Shown in pieces: positions 52,024 to 61,451 of a stretch of DNA of 64,000 bases. A program made the position numbers and the translations under genes. The stretch lies in IMG/VR virus record IMGVR_UViG_3300043411_000942, positions 62,001 to 126,000 of that record, one strand, 5' to 3'. Within the stretch, counting starts at the first letter, position 1. Each line of letters opens with the position of its first letter. The notes under the pieces were generated by a model, which was not told where the DNA came from, did no database searches, and saw only the letters and a list, made by a program, of their open reading frames with translations.

Positions 52024-53757
52024 CTATGTCGCTTTCCAATACAAGACCGGTAGTGGAGTCTCCACGTCTTCAGGGGTACTTACAGCTGCGAGTACTGATC
52101 GGAAACTCTCCACCTGATCTCGACTCATGTCCACTTCAAGTACATAGTGGGCAAACACCTCAGCGAACGCCTCATCAATGTTACTAGCTCCGTAGGTGGA
52201 GACGGGTGCCACTGGAGCGGGGTTGTTCTCGTAGCTCTCAAGCCAAGCTTTTGTAGCAGGGTCGTTCTTTGCTTTTTGATGTGCTTGCTCGTTGTGGGCT
52301 ACCACAGCTGAGTCTAGGTAGATGAGAGCCTCGGTCACCAGGGTACGCACCAAGACTAAGGCCTCTGCTGTCCATGTGGCCTTCGTTTCGTCCGTAACCC
52401 CGTAGAAGTCATCTACGTGCTCGTGGAGCTTCGCACGAGTACGGTAAACCTCGTCTTTAGCCTTGTCTACTTCTGGGGTCGTATCGAACTCTGGAGTGGT
52501 TATAGCGTCAACAATCTCGTTACTGAATTGCCGACTCAGGTCCGTAAGTTTACTCTCATCCCCTAGTTCGCTGTACTTCATTACCGCGCTCTCTAGGTTA
52601 CTACCCCAGGTGTCGACAGCTTTACGGTAAGGTTGGATCGTACTCTCACGTACCAGCTTAACCTCAACTGGTTTCGAGGGTCTTGATACCGTGTGCGTCT
52701 TTACTAGAGACTCGAACTTTGCTCGCTGCGAAGTTCGCATTTGTTTGAACCAGTACCTGTGTCCAAGCTCATGTACGACAAGCTCAACGATAAAGGAAGA
52801 TGGTCGACTGAAAATTGAGACAGTGTCCTCCCCAATAACGTAGTGACCGCCAACCCCCCCTCCGTTATTGGAGTTCACCCCTCCGCACTCACTGCACTGG
52901 ATGAACACGGTACCGTACCAAGCCTTTGCGAACCCCTTAGCCTTCAACTTGTTGAAGGCTGCGTCCAAATGGCGTACGTACTTCTTGATGTCGTCTGGGA
53001 GTAGGGTAGTGTCGTCTACGACAACTTTCATTCCGTACAGGTCGAACTCCCTGAATCCAGCAGGGGAGTTCTCGATAGCCTTCTGAGAGTAGTTCGCCTC
53101 CAACATTACAAGTATACGGTCGACCCAGTCGGTGAAGTCCAACTCAAGCTTGGTTCGACTTAGAGCCTTCAATGCTGACGCCTCAAAGTTGATGGACTCT
53201 AGGAACGCGTACTTACGATGGTATTGACCCTCATCAGTAAGGGCCTCCATTTGACCTGGAGTTGCAGCCTTCAAGGTCCTAGCTACAAGCCGATCAACCA
53301 TCTTCTCGTCGATATACCAAGAGTACCTGAACAAGTACCCTATGGTCTTGGCTGACGCTTTGATCTTGCCGAAGATAGCGTTTATCGCGTACCATCGAAG
53401 GTAATCTACAGGGTCGTTGAAGTTGACGTAACTATGGTCTTTGGGTAGCTTCTGGGCCACTGCTTCAATGTAGCGTCTGATGGACGCTACTCGGTCTTTG
53501 ATGGACTCCAACGCCTGAGCGGCTATGGGCCCAGAGCCAACCTGCTTCCGAAAGTCATTTAGGAAGTCGTCGAAGAAGAAGATGAGCTTCTCGTCGATGA
53601 TGTTCGGCCAGTCGTTGACGTCGCTCGACAGAGACTTTTGGAGACGTTGCTTAAGGTCTTTGCTACGCTCCTTGAACCAGGATTGAGGTAGCGTAGCCGC
53701 TACCTTGACGTAGTACCTAGTGGCAACTCGAAGGGCAATACTCACACCTGGGATCAT
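52024..53757 (-). CDS. large zincin metallopeptidase-domain protein with N-terminal RVATRY motif
   Basis: VHELGHRYW ... STYGASNIDEAFAE (lethal-factor-like zincin). Confidence 0.8.
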   Translation of the reverse strand: MIPGVSIALRVATRYYVKVAATLPQSWFKERSKDLKQRLQKSLSSDVNDWPNIIDEKLIFFFDDFLNDFRKQVGSGPIAAQALESIKDRVASIRRYIEAVAQKLPKDHSYVNFNDPVDYLRWYAINAIFGKIKASAKTIGYLFRYSWYIDEKMVDRLVARTLKAATPGQMEALTDEGQYHRKYAFLESINFEASALKALSRTKLELDFTDWVDRILVMLEANYSQKAIENSPAGFREFDLYGMKVVVDDTTLLPDDIKKYVRHLDAAFNKLKAKGFAKAWYGTVFIQCSECGGVNSNNGGGVGGHYVIGEDTVSIFSRPSSFIVELVVHELGHRYWFKQMRTSQRAKFESLVKTHTVSRPSKPVEVKLVRESTIQPYRKAVDTWGSNLESAVMKYSELGDESKLTDLSRQFSNEIVDAITTPEFDTTPEVDKAKDEVYRTRAKLHEHVDDFYGVTDETKATWTAEALVLVRTLVTEALIYLDSAVVAHNEQAHQKAKNDPATKAWLESYENNPAPVAPVSTYGASNIDEAFAEVFAHYVLEVDMSRDQVESFRSVLAAVSTPEDVETPLPVLYWKAT

Positions 53758-53769
53758 TCAACAAGAAGG

Positions 53770-54291
53770 TTAACCCTTCGAGATTAACCCCTCAGCTGCC
53801 AACTCTTCTTGGAGTAGTAACCTAAGCCTAGGTAGAACCTTCTCGACAAAGGACCAAGATTGACCTTCGCGTTTGCATACTAGAATGTCAACCCAATCCT
53901 GGTAGTCCAGGTCTGAGTCACTAGACCAACTTTCTAGACTAGACCAGTCTTCTACCGTGGAGAGTAGATCACGAGCCCCCTCCATAATCTCTATGTCTAT
54001 CTTCCCTGCCACTAGCATGCCATCAAGCTTTAACTGCATGGCTTTTTGGGTAGCGTCTACGTCCCAAACCCAAGCCTCACGACCTTGCGTAATTTTTCCC
54101 CAGAAGGAGTCAGGAGCCGTACTACATAGGAACTGCCTAAAGTCCAACCCCTCCCCGATGTTGGGCCACATGTACGAGTAGTTCCCCCAGTCGCTCACGG
54201 TGGAGAAGTACCCGTCCTTCAGATCCAATACAACGACAGCCCAACCCTCGCCATTGATCGAGGGGATGTTGTAGCGACGAAAAGAGGTCAT
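53770..54291 (-). CDS. hypothetical protein, paralog of 25244-25786
   Basis: GWAVVVLD..GYFSTVSDWGNYSYMW. Confidence 0.7.
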   Translation of the reverse strand: MTSFRRYNIPSINGEGWAVVVLDLKDGYFSTVSDWGNYSYMWPNIGEGLDFRQFLCSTAPDSFWGKITQGREAWVWDVDATQKAMQLKLDGMLVAGKIDIEIMEGARDLLSTVEDWSSLESWSSDSDLDYQDWVDILVCKREGQSWSFVEKVLPRLRLLLQEELAAEGLISKG

Positions 54292-54309
54292 CCTAGGTAG
54301 GACACCAAT

Positions 54310-55581
54310 TCAGTGACTGTCTGCCAAGAATCTACCCAAAACTCGCGCCTCAATCTGACTTGAGGCCACCTTTACAGCTCCAGGCATAGCCGTGTCGAGC
54401 CACCAGCGTACCTTCTCGTGGACCGCCCTAGGGCCGTAGGCTACGAGTAACCCAATCGCCTCGCAGAAGGCTTCCTCTGGATTCTTGTCGGCATAACCAG
54501 TGATAGGAGTCTTCGGAACTCGGATCTTACGCTCCCCCCTATCGTAGAGCTTTTGGAAGTCCTCCTTGGTGTTGAGGTGATCATCCTTTATCGACTCGAC
54601 TTGGAGCGCTAAGATAGGGTCAGAGTCTCCTAGGTACTTCGTGAAATCGAAGGACCAAGCGCCTTCAGGCCACTTATCCAATAACTCCTTGAGGTCAAGG
54701 TCCCCGTAGTCCCCTTTGATCGTCTGGTACCAAAAGTCCTGAGCCTCTTTGGCGAGGTAGGACTTCCAAATGTGGTGCCCCATCTCGTGTGCCATTACAT
54801 GAGCTACCCAAGAGGGTCCTTTGGATACCGAGGACATGTACAGGTTAATGTACCCCGCAGAGTTGTACTCGCCTCCCTTGTCTAAGGTAGACTTGAACTC
54901 ACACACTACCGGAAGTTGCTTCCTGAGGAGGATTGGAGCTACCATCCCTGCCCGCTTACGGTACAGACTCAAACCAGCCTTAAGAGTTTCAAGGTCTTGC
55001 TGGTTGTGCTCATCGTCTGGCTTAAAGCCATTCATGACAAGCTTGAAGCCCTCTATGGTGGCATTCTCTACAGTAGGAAGGTCGGTCTCCAAGTCACCGT
55101 GGACCCGCTGAAGGTACTCAATAACATCCTTCATCGCCTTCCAGAAGACTTGGGCTTTACGTTGCACCCTAACCTTCCATTGAGGGTACTCTCGCTCAAA
55201 GTTGACGAACCTAGCCCCCTCCGTGTAGTACTCGTCCTGATGCCCAACGGGGAGTCTCAGATCTGATGAGAATTCCCAAGCAACTGATCTCAACTTATCG
55301 TTGATATAGGAGGCGTGATTAGCTAGCTTGGGGTCCTCTTTCAGACTCTTGTTCAGGAACGCCTCGAAGAAGACCGCATCAAACCTATTCCGGTAGATTT
55401 GGAACGCCTGCTTGACGGTGTGGGCCGTCTTGTAGTCTTTTATCTTGGGGAGGTTCTTCAGGAGCGTGAGGAAGTCCTTTCGAAGGCCCTCTACCCAAGC
55501 CAAGTCCAACTTATGCGTAGCTGCAAACCGTACAACCACGTTTGAGGTAAGCGTATCCATCGTAGTGGAACTAAGCATCAA
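54310..55581 (-). CDS. zincin metallopeptidase-domain protein with terminal VVRF and RVLGRF motifs
   Basis: AHEMGHHIW ... TGYADKNPEEAFCE. Confidence 0.8.
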   Translation of the reverse strand: MMLSSTTMDTLTSNVVVRFAATHKLDLAWVEGLRKDFLTLLKNLPKIKDYKTAHTVKQAFQIYRNRFDAVFFEAFLNKSLKEDPKLANHASYINDKLRSVAWEFSSDLRLPVGHQDEYYTEGARFVNFEREYPQWKVRVQRKAQVFWKAMKDVIEYLQRVHGDLETDLPTVENATIEGFKLVMNGFKPDDEHNQQDLETLKAGLSLYRKRAGMVAPILLRKQLPVVCEFKSTLDKGGEYNSAGYINLYMSSVSKGPSWVAHVMAHEMGHHIWKSYLAKEAQDFWYQTIKGDYGDLDLKELLDKWPEGAWSFDFTKYLGDSDPILALQVESIKDDHLNTKEDFQKLYDRGERKIRVPKTPITGYADKNPEEAFCEAIGLLVAYGPRAVHEKVRWWLDTAMPGAVKVASSQIEARVLGRFLADSH

Positions 55582-55584
55582 AAG

Positions 55585-55803
55585 TTAATCTCCTGCTAGG
55601 AGGGCCTTACGAGCTTCCACTATCCCAACCTCAGTTACAAAGCAATAGGCTAGGTCGAAGGCATCTCCACCCCTAAGGAGGATCTCCCCGTTCCTTACGT
55701 GCCGCCAATCAATGACGAACCCACCTCCGCAAGTAACGTCGGCTGCCTGGAGGGTGCGTCCTCCAAGCAGAGCTACTGCACAATCAAAGGTGACTGCGTA
55801 CAC
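55585..55803 (-). CDS. hypothetical protein
   Basis: 72 aa ORF in - block. Confidence 0.45.
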   Translation of the reverse strand: MYAVTFDCAVALLGGRTLQAADVTCGGGFVIDWRHVRNGEILLRGGDAFDLAYCFVTEVGIVEARKALLAGD

Positions 55804-56028
55804 TTACCAAGTAACCCCAGACCGGTCAATGTGTTGACCCTCGTGGCCCATTAGGTATTGACAGATATCGAAACAACCCCGTACAAAGAAGTGGGACTCG
55901 TGAGCCTTAACTACATGAACTGCATTGCAAATCTTGAAGTGTCTAGAGCACTGGGGACAGAACCCTGTACGAGGGTGATCCTTAGGCTCCACTAGAGTTA
56001 AGGTATGCAAACACTGAGGACAATTCAC
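55804..56028 (-). CDS. Zn-ribbon protein
   Basis: CPQC..FCPQC..C..GHEGQH. Confidence 0.55.
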   Translation of the reverse strand: MNCPQCLHTLTLVEPKDHPRTGFCPQCSRHFKICNAVHVVKAHESHFFVRGCFDICQYLMGHEGQHIDRSGVTW

Positions 56029-56039
56029 ACAAAACCTCG

Positions 56040-57122
56040 TTAACGTAGGAACATGGGAGGTGGTTTGGGGGCCTCACCCACCTGAGGTAGTTCCTGCTTT
56101 TCCCAACTATCAATCAGACCGTCGAGTAGTTTGATGTCCTTCTTCAAATCCGAGATAAGACCCGTGGTAGTTTGAATTCGATCCTTGACTCGGTCATCCC
56201 ACTCTCGCTGACCTAGGTCCTCAAGCGTTAGCTTTCTCCCCTGCGTTGTGTACAACACAAGTACCCTGCCAGCTTGGAGGTCACGTAGAGAAGACTCGGA
56301 GTCCCGCACGGAGTCATGCAAGACTTTCACAAGGTGCTGCGTGCCCTTAGGGCTCAGCTCAAACGGCTGGTAGCCAACACCAAGACACCTACCCTGCACT
56401 TGCCCCCAACCTGGACGCTCGTACCCGTGTAGGACGACCATGTAGTCATCCCCTTGACGTTTGAGCTTGATGTTCCGAAAGCAGCAAGGACACGTACCCG
56501 TGTTCTCACGAGTGCGAGGCTTTGACTCCTCACGCTCCCGCTCATACGTGCTCACTCCAAGTGCATTGGACACCTGAGTTAGGAAACTCGTACTCTCTCG
56601 CAACCACTTGCGAATCTCGTAGTATGGTATCTTCTTAGGATCCGAATACTGAACGTAGTAACTCCTACTTGGTAGTAGCTCAAAGACAGCGCCTTCAGGT
56701 GATGTAAATCGAAGCCCGTTTGCACCTACCCACTCAAGGAAGGAGTAGCCGGTTAGGTCGAAGTTAAAGCCCTCGGAGGTAGGAGCAGTTACATCCATCG
56801 TGTAATGCTTCATCGCTTGCGGGCTGGACGGTAGAGACCTTACCTCTAAGTCCTTAGTTAGCTCCCATCTTGCTTGAACCGTTAACGGATTAGAGTCGGT
56901 TTCCAGATTTGGAGCATTAGGATCTTGCGGGTACCCGTGTAGTTGAACCAAGCCGACGAAAGGCTCTACAGTCCAGCCTCCAAGGTACTGAAGAACTTCA
57001 AGTAGTTGCTTCATCGTAATGCTGGAGTCAGCTCCCTTACGGAGCTTGACAAGAAGCGCCTTTACCTTCTCCTCGCTAAGAGCGGCAGCGTAGCGGGAGA
57101 CTACATTTTCTATTAGAGCCAT
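56040..57122 (-). CDS. hypothetical protein with N-terminal NVVSRY motif and Zn-binding C-domain
   Basis: GTCPCCFR..HGYERPGWG..C.G. Confidence 0.75.
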   Translation of the reverse strand: MALIENVVSRYAAALSEEKVKALLVKLRKGADSSITMKQLLEVLQYLGGWTVEPFVGLVQLHGYPQDPNAPNLETDSNPLTVQARWELTKDLEVRSLPSSPQAMKHYTMDVTAPTSEGFNFDLTGYSFLEWVGANGLRFTSPEGAVFELLPSRSYYVQYSDPKKIPYYEIRKWLRESTSFLTQVSNALGVSTYEREREESKPRTRENTGTCPCCFRNIKLKRQGDDYMVVLHGYERPGWGQVQGRCLGVGYQPFELSPKGTQHLVKVLHDSVRDSESSLRDLQAGRVLVLYTTQGRKLTLEDLGQREWDDRVKDRIQTTTGLISDLKKDIKLLDGLIDSWEKQELPQVGEAPKPPPMFLR

Positions 57123-57193
57123 ACACTTAAGGGTTAGGTATCAAATGACTAGGAGACCACACTACGAGTAGGTAACACACTTATACCCGTAGT

Positions 57194-57859
57194 GTGGGTA
57201 TGGGTAAACTAAACGACTTGACCGGTCAAGTATTTGACAGACTGACTGTCCTACAGAAGGTGCCAGCTCCTCCCACTAAGCCAGGACGTAGGCAAAGAAC
57301 AGAGGCATTTTGGGAGTGTGGTTGTTCTTGCGGCAATTCGAAAGTCGTAGCAGGTCCCAATCTTCGCTCTGGTAATACTCGTTCTTGTGGTTGTGCCCAC
57401 AAAGAGCAGTTAGCTGAGCGAAATCGAATTCTACTTACTCTAGACCCATGGGAGTCCGACATGCGACTATACATTCGGAGACTGGGCTACCGTAAGTTAC
57501 GAGCTAAGTTGGGTTCCAACCAATTCCAAGTGTTAGCCAAAACCCCACAACAGGAAGTACACCCTGGGAATGCAGAATCTTGGGCCCTCACTCTAAGTAG
57601 CTACAAACGATTAGTTTTAGGTGTTTGCTACTACTGTGGTAGGGCTCCAGCTCAACCTGTGCATGGAGCTGCTAGTGCTCTTCTACTTAAGAATGGGATC
57701 GATCGCGTAGACAACACTAAGGGGTACGAGGAATCAAATTGCGTGTCTTGTTGTAAATCATGCAACAAGGAGAAGCGGGCTCAATCGTTAACTGTTTTCG
57801 TTGAAAACACTCGTAGGCGTTACCAATGGCTCAAGTCTAAGGGGTTAATCACCAGTTGA
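57194..57859 (+). CDS. freestanding HNH homing endonuclease
   Basis: DLTGQVFDRLTV, CGCSCGN, SCGC; CYYCG..NGIDRVDN.KGY..NCVSCCKSCN. Confidence 0.85.
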   Translation: MGMGKLNDLTGQVFDRLTVLQKVPAPPTKPGRRQRTEAFWECGCSCGNSKVVAGPNLRSGNTRSCGCAHKEQLAERNRILLTLDPWESDMRLYIRRLGYRKLRAKLGSNQFQVLAKTPQQEVHPGNAESWALTLSSYKRLVLGVCYYCGRAPAQPVHGAASALLLKNGIDRVDNTKGYEESNCVSCCKSCNKEKRAQSLTVFVENTRRRYQWLKSKGLITS

Positions 57860-58454
57860 AGTCACCCTCTGCCTTCTTGTTTCTAAGACGAGCAAGCGTT
57901 AACGGCCCGTATGCCATCATAGCATATACACCACCAGCCCAACGTTTTTTGTCATAGTCGCTACCAGTAGTAAAGGCCCGTTCACGGCGCATCTTAATGT
58001 TGAAGGCCGCTGCATCAATCATTTTCTGGCGATAGGGCTCGTAGATAGGGGCGTGAGCTAACACCCATGTTGCATAATCGACTTCCCCCTCATCATAAAA
58101 TGGCTCGACGGACGGAAACTGGCTCAGTGAGCCATGAACCATCTCGTGAGTCAACTTCTCCAAGGTCTGTCCTGGATTACCCTCTACAGAGGAGCACAGA
58201 CTAATCTGCCCACTCACCATGTCGAAGCTCGCTGTAGCTCCACTCATGTGCATCCCATCTGGGAGCTTAAGTATTCTAGGTTGAGGTTCCGTCCCGAAGG
58301 GACCTAGAGCCTCAACCAGAAAACTGTAAATGCGTGGAGCCCAGTCGACCACAAACTGGTCCCAATCCGAGTTGAACACTTGGCATTGAAATGCCTTGCT
58401 CGACGTCTTCATGGAGGCCGACTTGAGGTACCTCTGAGCTTCAGGAGGGAGCAT
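57849..58454 (-). CDS. HEXXH metallopeptidase-like protein
   Basis: LTHEMVH followed by DEG. Confidence 0.7.
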   Translation of the reverse strand: MLPPEAQRYLKSASMKTSSKAFQCQVFNSDWDQFVVDWAPRIYSFLVEALGPFGTEPQPRILKLPDGMHMSGATASFDMVSGQISLCSSVEGNPGQTLEKLTHEMVHGSLSQFPSVEPFYDEGEVDYATWVLAHAPIYEPYRQKMIDAAAFNIKMRRERAFTTGSDYDKKRWAGGVYAMMAYGPLTLARLRNKKAEGDFNW

Positions 58455-58457
58455 CCC

Positions 58458-59282
58458 TTAGACTTCAGCTCTCTCGTTCTTGACGTCGAAGTGCTTGCGT
58501 AGTACCGACTTGATTTGGTCCTTGTACTTCAACCAAGCTGGGTGCGACATCGGGTTGTTCTTTAGGAACGGGATCATTTGGTCTCGAACAATCTCGGCGT
58601 CCGTATACCCCTGTAGGAGCAAGTCAAAGTAAAGGTCCAGGTCTGGAGTGACCCTGGGGTTTACCTTCCTAGCCAATTCATCTCGGATGTTGTCCAAGTC
58701 ACTCTCTAGAAGGTACTTGTCGAGGTGGTCCCAAGCCCCTGGGTCCTCAATGACCCTCTCAACGCCTTCCAGGTCCGTCATGGAATCCGTGATACTCTTG
58801 TCTTCATCCCCTCTGGTGTCATGCCTAAACTGGTCGATAGCTAGCATGTTGAGGGCCGTAAGGATATAGCTTTCTGCTCTCTTTAGAGGTTGACCTGATA
58901 GGTTCCGTAGGGAGTCAGGCTTAGCTAGAAACTTGAGCATTAGCTCCGTCATCAGGTCTTCTGCTCGGTTCGGATCGCGATGCTTCATGAGTAGCATCTT
59001 GTAAGCCTTCGAGCCAAAGTTGGCGCCGTAACCACTAGGGATCTTACGGTCCATCTCTCGTGCGTTCTGAGGCTTGAAGTTCTCAGCAGGTTGATCCTTG
59101 ATGGGTGGAAGTCCCTCCACCCCGTTCATCAAGAATAACCCGTAGATAACTCTCCCGAACCCAGCAGCGGGCCCAGCTGCTAGCTTCACTAGAAGGTTAG
59201 CCAGCCTATATCCCCATGGAAGGCTGGCATATACCTTACGACCTAACTCACTAGCGACTCTTACTAAGGCGTGTGTATCCAT
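58458..59282 (-). CDS. ECF-like RNA polymerase sigma factor with N-terminal RVAS motif
   Basis: AEDLMTELMLKF..SYILTALNMLAIDQFR (sigma2-like); LLLQGYTDAEI (sigma4-like). Confidence 0.65.
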   Translation of the reverse strand: MDTHALVRVASELGRKVYASLPWGYRLANLLVKLAAGPAAGFGRVIYGLFLMNGVEGLPPIKDQPAENFKPQNAREMDRKIPSGYGANFGSKAYKMLLMKHRDPNRAEDLMTELMLKFLAKPDSLRNLSGQPLKRAESYILTALNMLAIDQFRHDTRGDEDKSITDSMTDLEGVERVIEDPGAWDHLDKYLLESDLDNIRDELARKVNPRVTPDLDLYFDLLLQGYTDAEIVRDQMIPFLKNNPMSHPAWLKYKDQIKSVLRKHFDVKNERAEV

Positions 59283-59308
59283 TACGGATAGTCTACGATA
59301 AAAGGATT

Positions 59309-60472
59309 CTACATCCCCCGAGAGACCATCCGCTGAGTGCCCTTTACGGACAACCCAATGGTGGTTGCAATCTCATTGAGATTGCAACCTTCGCTGAGAA
59401 GCTTAAGGATCTCAGCCTCACGCTCCTGGTTCCCCTCCGCAGACCAGCCCAGAGCCTTGCGGCTAGACTTACCAGAGGCAATCAGCTTCACAGTTTGAGT
59501 AAGGTCCACAATGACCTCTTGCTGGCATCCATGAGGGTCGACGATAGCACTCTCCCATGAGACCTCTTCGCTACCCTCTCTTGGGGTGACAACAATCTCC
59601 TTGTGCCTACGAGACTTGGTTCGCAACCAGTTCACATAGATATTGAAGACAGCTCGGTACAAGTACTGCTTGAAGGTACCACGAGTCCTAGGAAGGTGAG
59701 GAGACCCAGAGGTATCGTAATCAACGACCTTCCGACCTTTGATTCGGAACTCCTCCCGAATCGCCTCGTACTTCTCAATGTCTGCCTTAGAGTAAGTAGC
59801 CTCAGAGGACATGCAATCCCCACTAATAGGAGATGGCGCCCACTGACCCTTTAACCTAGGGCAACAAAAGAGGCACAAGGTGTGCACTTCCGAGAGGGTA
59901 GGTTCAAGACTACTCACTTCCGCATTACCCGTACGGTACAAGTAGAAGTTTTGGAAACGAGAAACCACCCAAAAGACTTGACGGGTCTTAGGGATCCCGA
60001 ACTCCCGCTGAAGGTTCTCTCGTTCCTCCTCTTGAAGGTCCTTGGACATCAACCTAAGCTTGCTAGCATAGGAATTCATGTCGGTACCACAAGAAGAGCA
60101 TACTCCGTGGTCCCTACTCTCCACTTCCTCTAGAAGAGCCTTAGAGGGACGCTCTACCTTCAATCCCTTAGGAAAGACTCCCAAGACGTATCGGTATACC
60201 GCCATCTTGAAAGCACTTTCTTGCATCTTCAGGTAAGCAGCAGCTGAGGAAGCTGTCACAACCTCAGGCAACCTTACCGAGTAGGAGTTGTCATACTTCC
60301 TTAGGAAGTCGGCTTCAAACAACTTGAGCCAGACATGCTGGATGATATCCGCCGAGTTATCAGCTACCTTGTTAGCCTTTCGGATCGCACTACTCACAAA
60401 GGTGGAGTAATGCTTTACGAAGTCGTTGTTGTTCTTAGGTACGTAGTCTTCATCAGTCTTTTTAACAAGCAT
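59309..60472 (-). CDS. ECF-like sigma factor with a large insertion inside sigma2
   Basis: DIIQHVWLKLF ... FKQYLYRAVFNIYVNWLRT ... EILKLLSEGCNLNEIATTIGLS; own class-1 promoter 60480-60508. Confidence 0.72.
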   Translation of the reverse strand: MLVKKTDEDYVPKNNNDFVKHYSTFVSSAIRKANKVADNSADIIQHVWLKLFEADFLRKYDNSYSVRLPEVVTASSAAAYLKMQESAFKMAVYRYVLGVFPKGLKVERPSKALLEEVESRDHGVCSSCGTDMNSYASKLRLMSKDLQEEERENLQREFGIPKTRQVFWVVSRFQNFYLYRTGNAEVSSLEPTLSEVHTLCLFCCPRLKGQWAPSPISGDCMSSEATYSKADIEKYEAIREEFRIKGRKVVDYDTSGSPHLPRTRGTFKQYLYRAVFNIYVNWLRTKSRRHKEIVVTPREGSEEVSWESAIVDPHGCQQEVIVDLTQTVKLIASGKSSRKALGWSAEGNQEREAEILKLLSEGCNLNEIATTIGLSVKGTQRMVSRGM

Positions 60473-60479
60473 CGTCTTC

Positions 60480-60508
60480 CTTACGGAAGTTGGAGGTGAA
60501 CACTTAAC
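60480..60508 (-). promoter_or_regulatory. class-1 promoter of the sigma-factor gene
   Basis: GTTAAG-N17-CGTAAG-N7-ATG. Confidence 0.85.
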
Positions 60509-60522
60509 CGAAAACTTGATCC

Positions 60523-60540
60523 CACACACACACACACACA
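60523..60540. repeat. (CA)9 dinucleotide tract
   Basis: read directly. Confidence 0.9.
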
Positions 60541-61109
60541 TGACTACTAGGTAGGATTGAGGTACTGAGGAGGGCTGCTCTATCTAGGGGGGTAGGGTTA
60601 GGATGACTGGTTAGGTTGAAAGGGATGTTCGTATCAGGATGATTGGTTTTTGAGTTAGTTTCGCTACACTATACCAAAAAGAATAAGATCTGATCGGTAT
60701 AGGAGGGGTTAAGGATGGTGGTCCTAGGTAGTAACCCCTATCTGAGTCTACTGAGTCCTTGAGGGACTCTTTGGTCGGAGTGAGTTATGAAGTACCTACC
60801 TCAATGCTCACTTACTTACGGGATCTGCCTAACTTTCCACAACTTCATGTTAGACTGGAGCGACTCATCTTTCAGAGCCTCCTCTCCAAGGAGAGGACCT
60901 TAAGAGACCTTCTAGAGGAAAGAAGCTGACCCCTCTAGACTAACCCACACAGGCTTTTCAAGTACTGATCAGGAAGTGCTGTCACTACTTGTCCTACTTT
61001 CTAGTAGGTATGGAACCCTATAACCCATCCCTCGGTCACTGAGGTTGACCCCTCTCGTATAGACCTGAGAAACCCCTAGCGCAAGTCATTTTGTTCTGGT
61101 ACCCTCTCA

Positions 61110-61451
61110 TTGAGGTATTTCATGTACTTAGCTAGTGTTGTCGAGCTATCCGATGTGAAAGATAGCCCAAAACTACGGGTCAACTTACCTAGCCCTCTAC
61201 TTATCGGCTCCAAGGTGACTTTGAGCTGTAAAGTGCAGCGTAGGAGGGGACCTAGGACAGAGGAGCTTTCGATCCAAGGTGAGTTCAGGGTGGTCTCTTG
61301 TGTCTTCGATGTCGCCAAACAGCGTCAGTTAGTTTCTATCGAGACTACCCAGGTAGCTCCAGTGTGGAGGTCCATTCGAAATCCTCCTCAGAGGGGGTTA
61401 GCTCCTACTCACTCTCACTCCATAGTTGACGGTAAGTTATGTCCGACCTGA
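61110..61451 (+). CDS. hypothetical protein
   Basis: GAGG SD; 113 aa. Confidence 0.6.
   Translation: MRYFMYLASVVELSDVKDSPKLRVNLPSPLLIGSKVTLSCKVQRRRGPRTEELSIQGEFRVVSCVFDVAKQRQLVSIETTQVAPVWRSIRNPPQRGLAPTHSHSIVDGKLCPT

Noticed and set aside
59600-60300. Intein in the sigma factor
   Set aside because: No Cys/Ser at the insert start and no His-Asn-Cys/Ser/Thr at its end.
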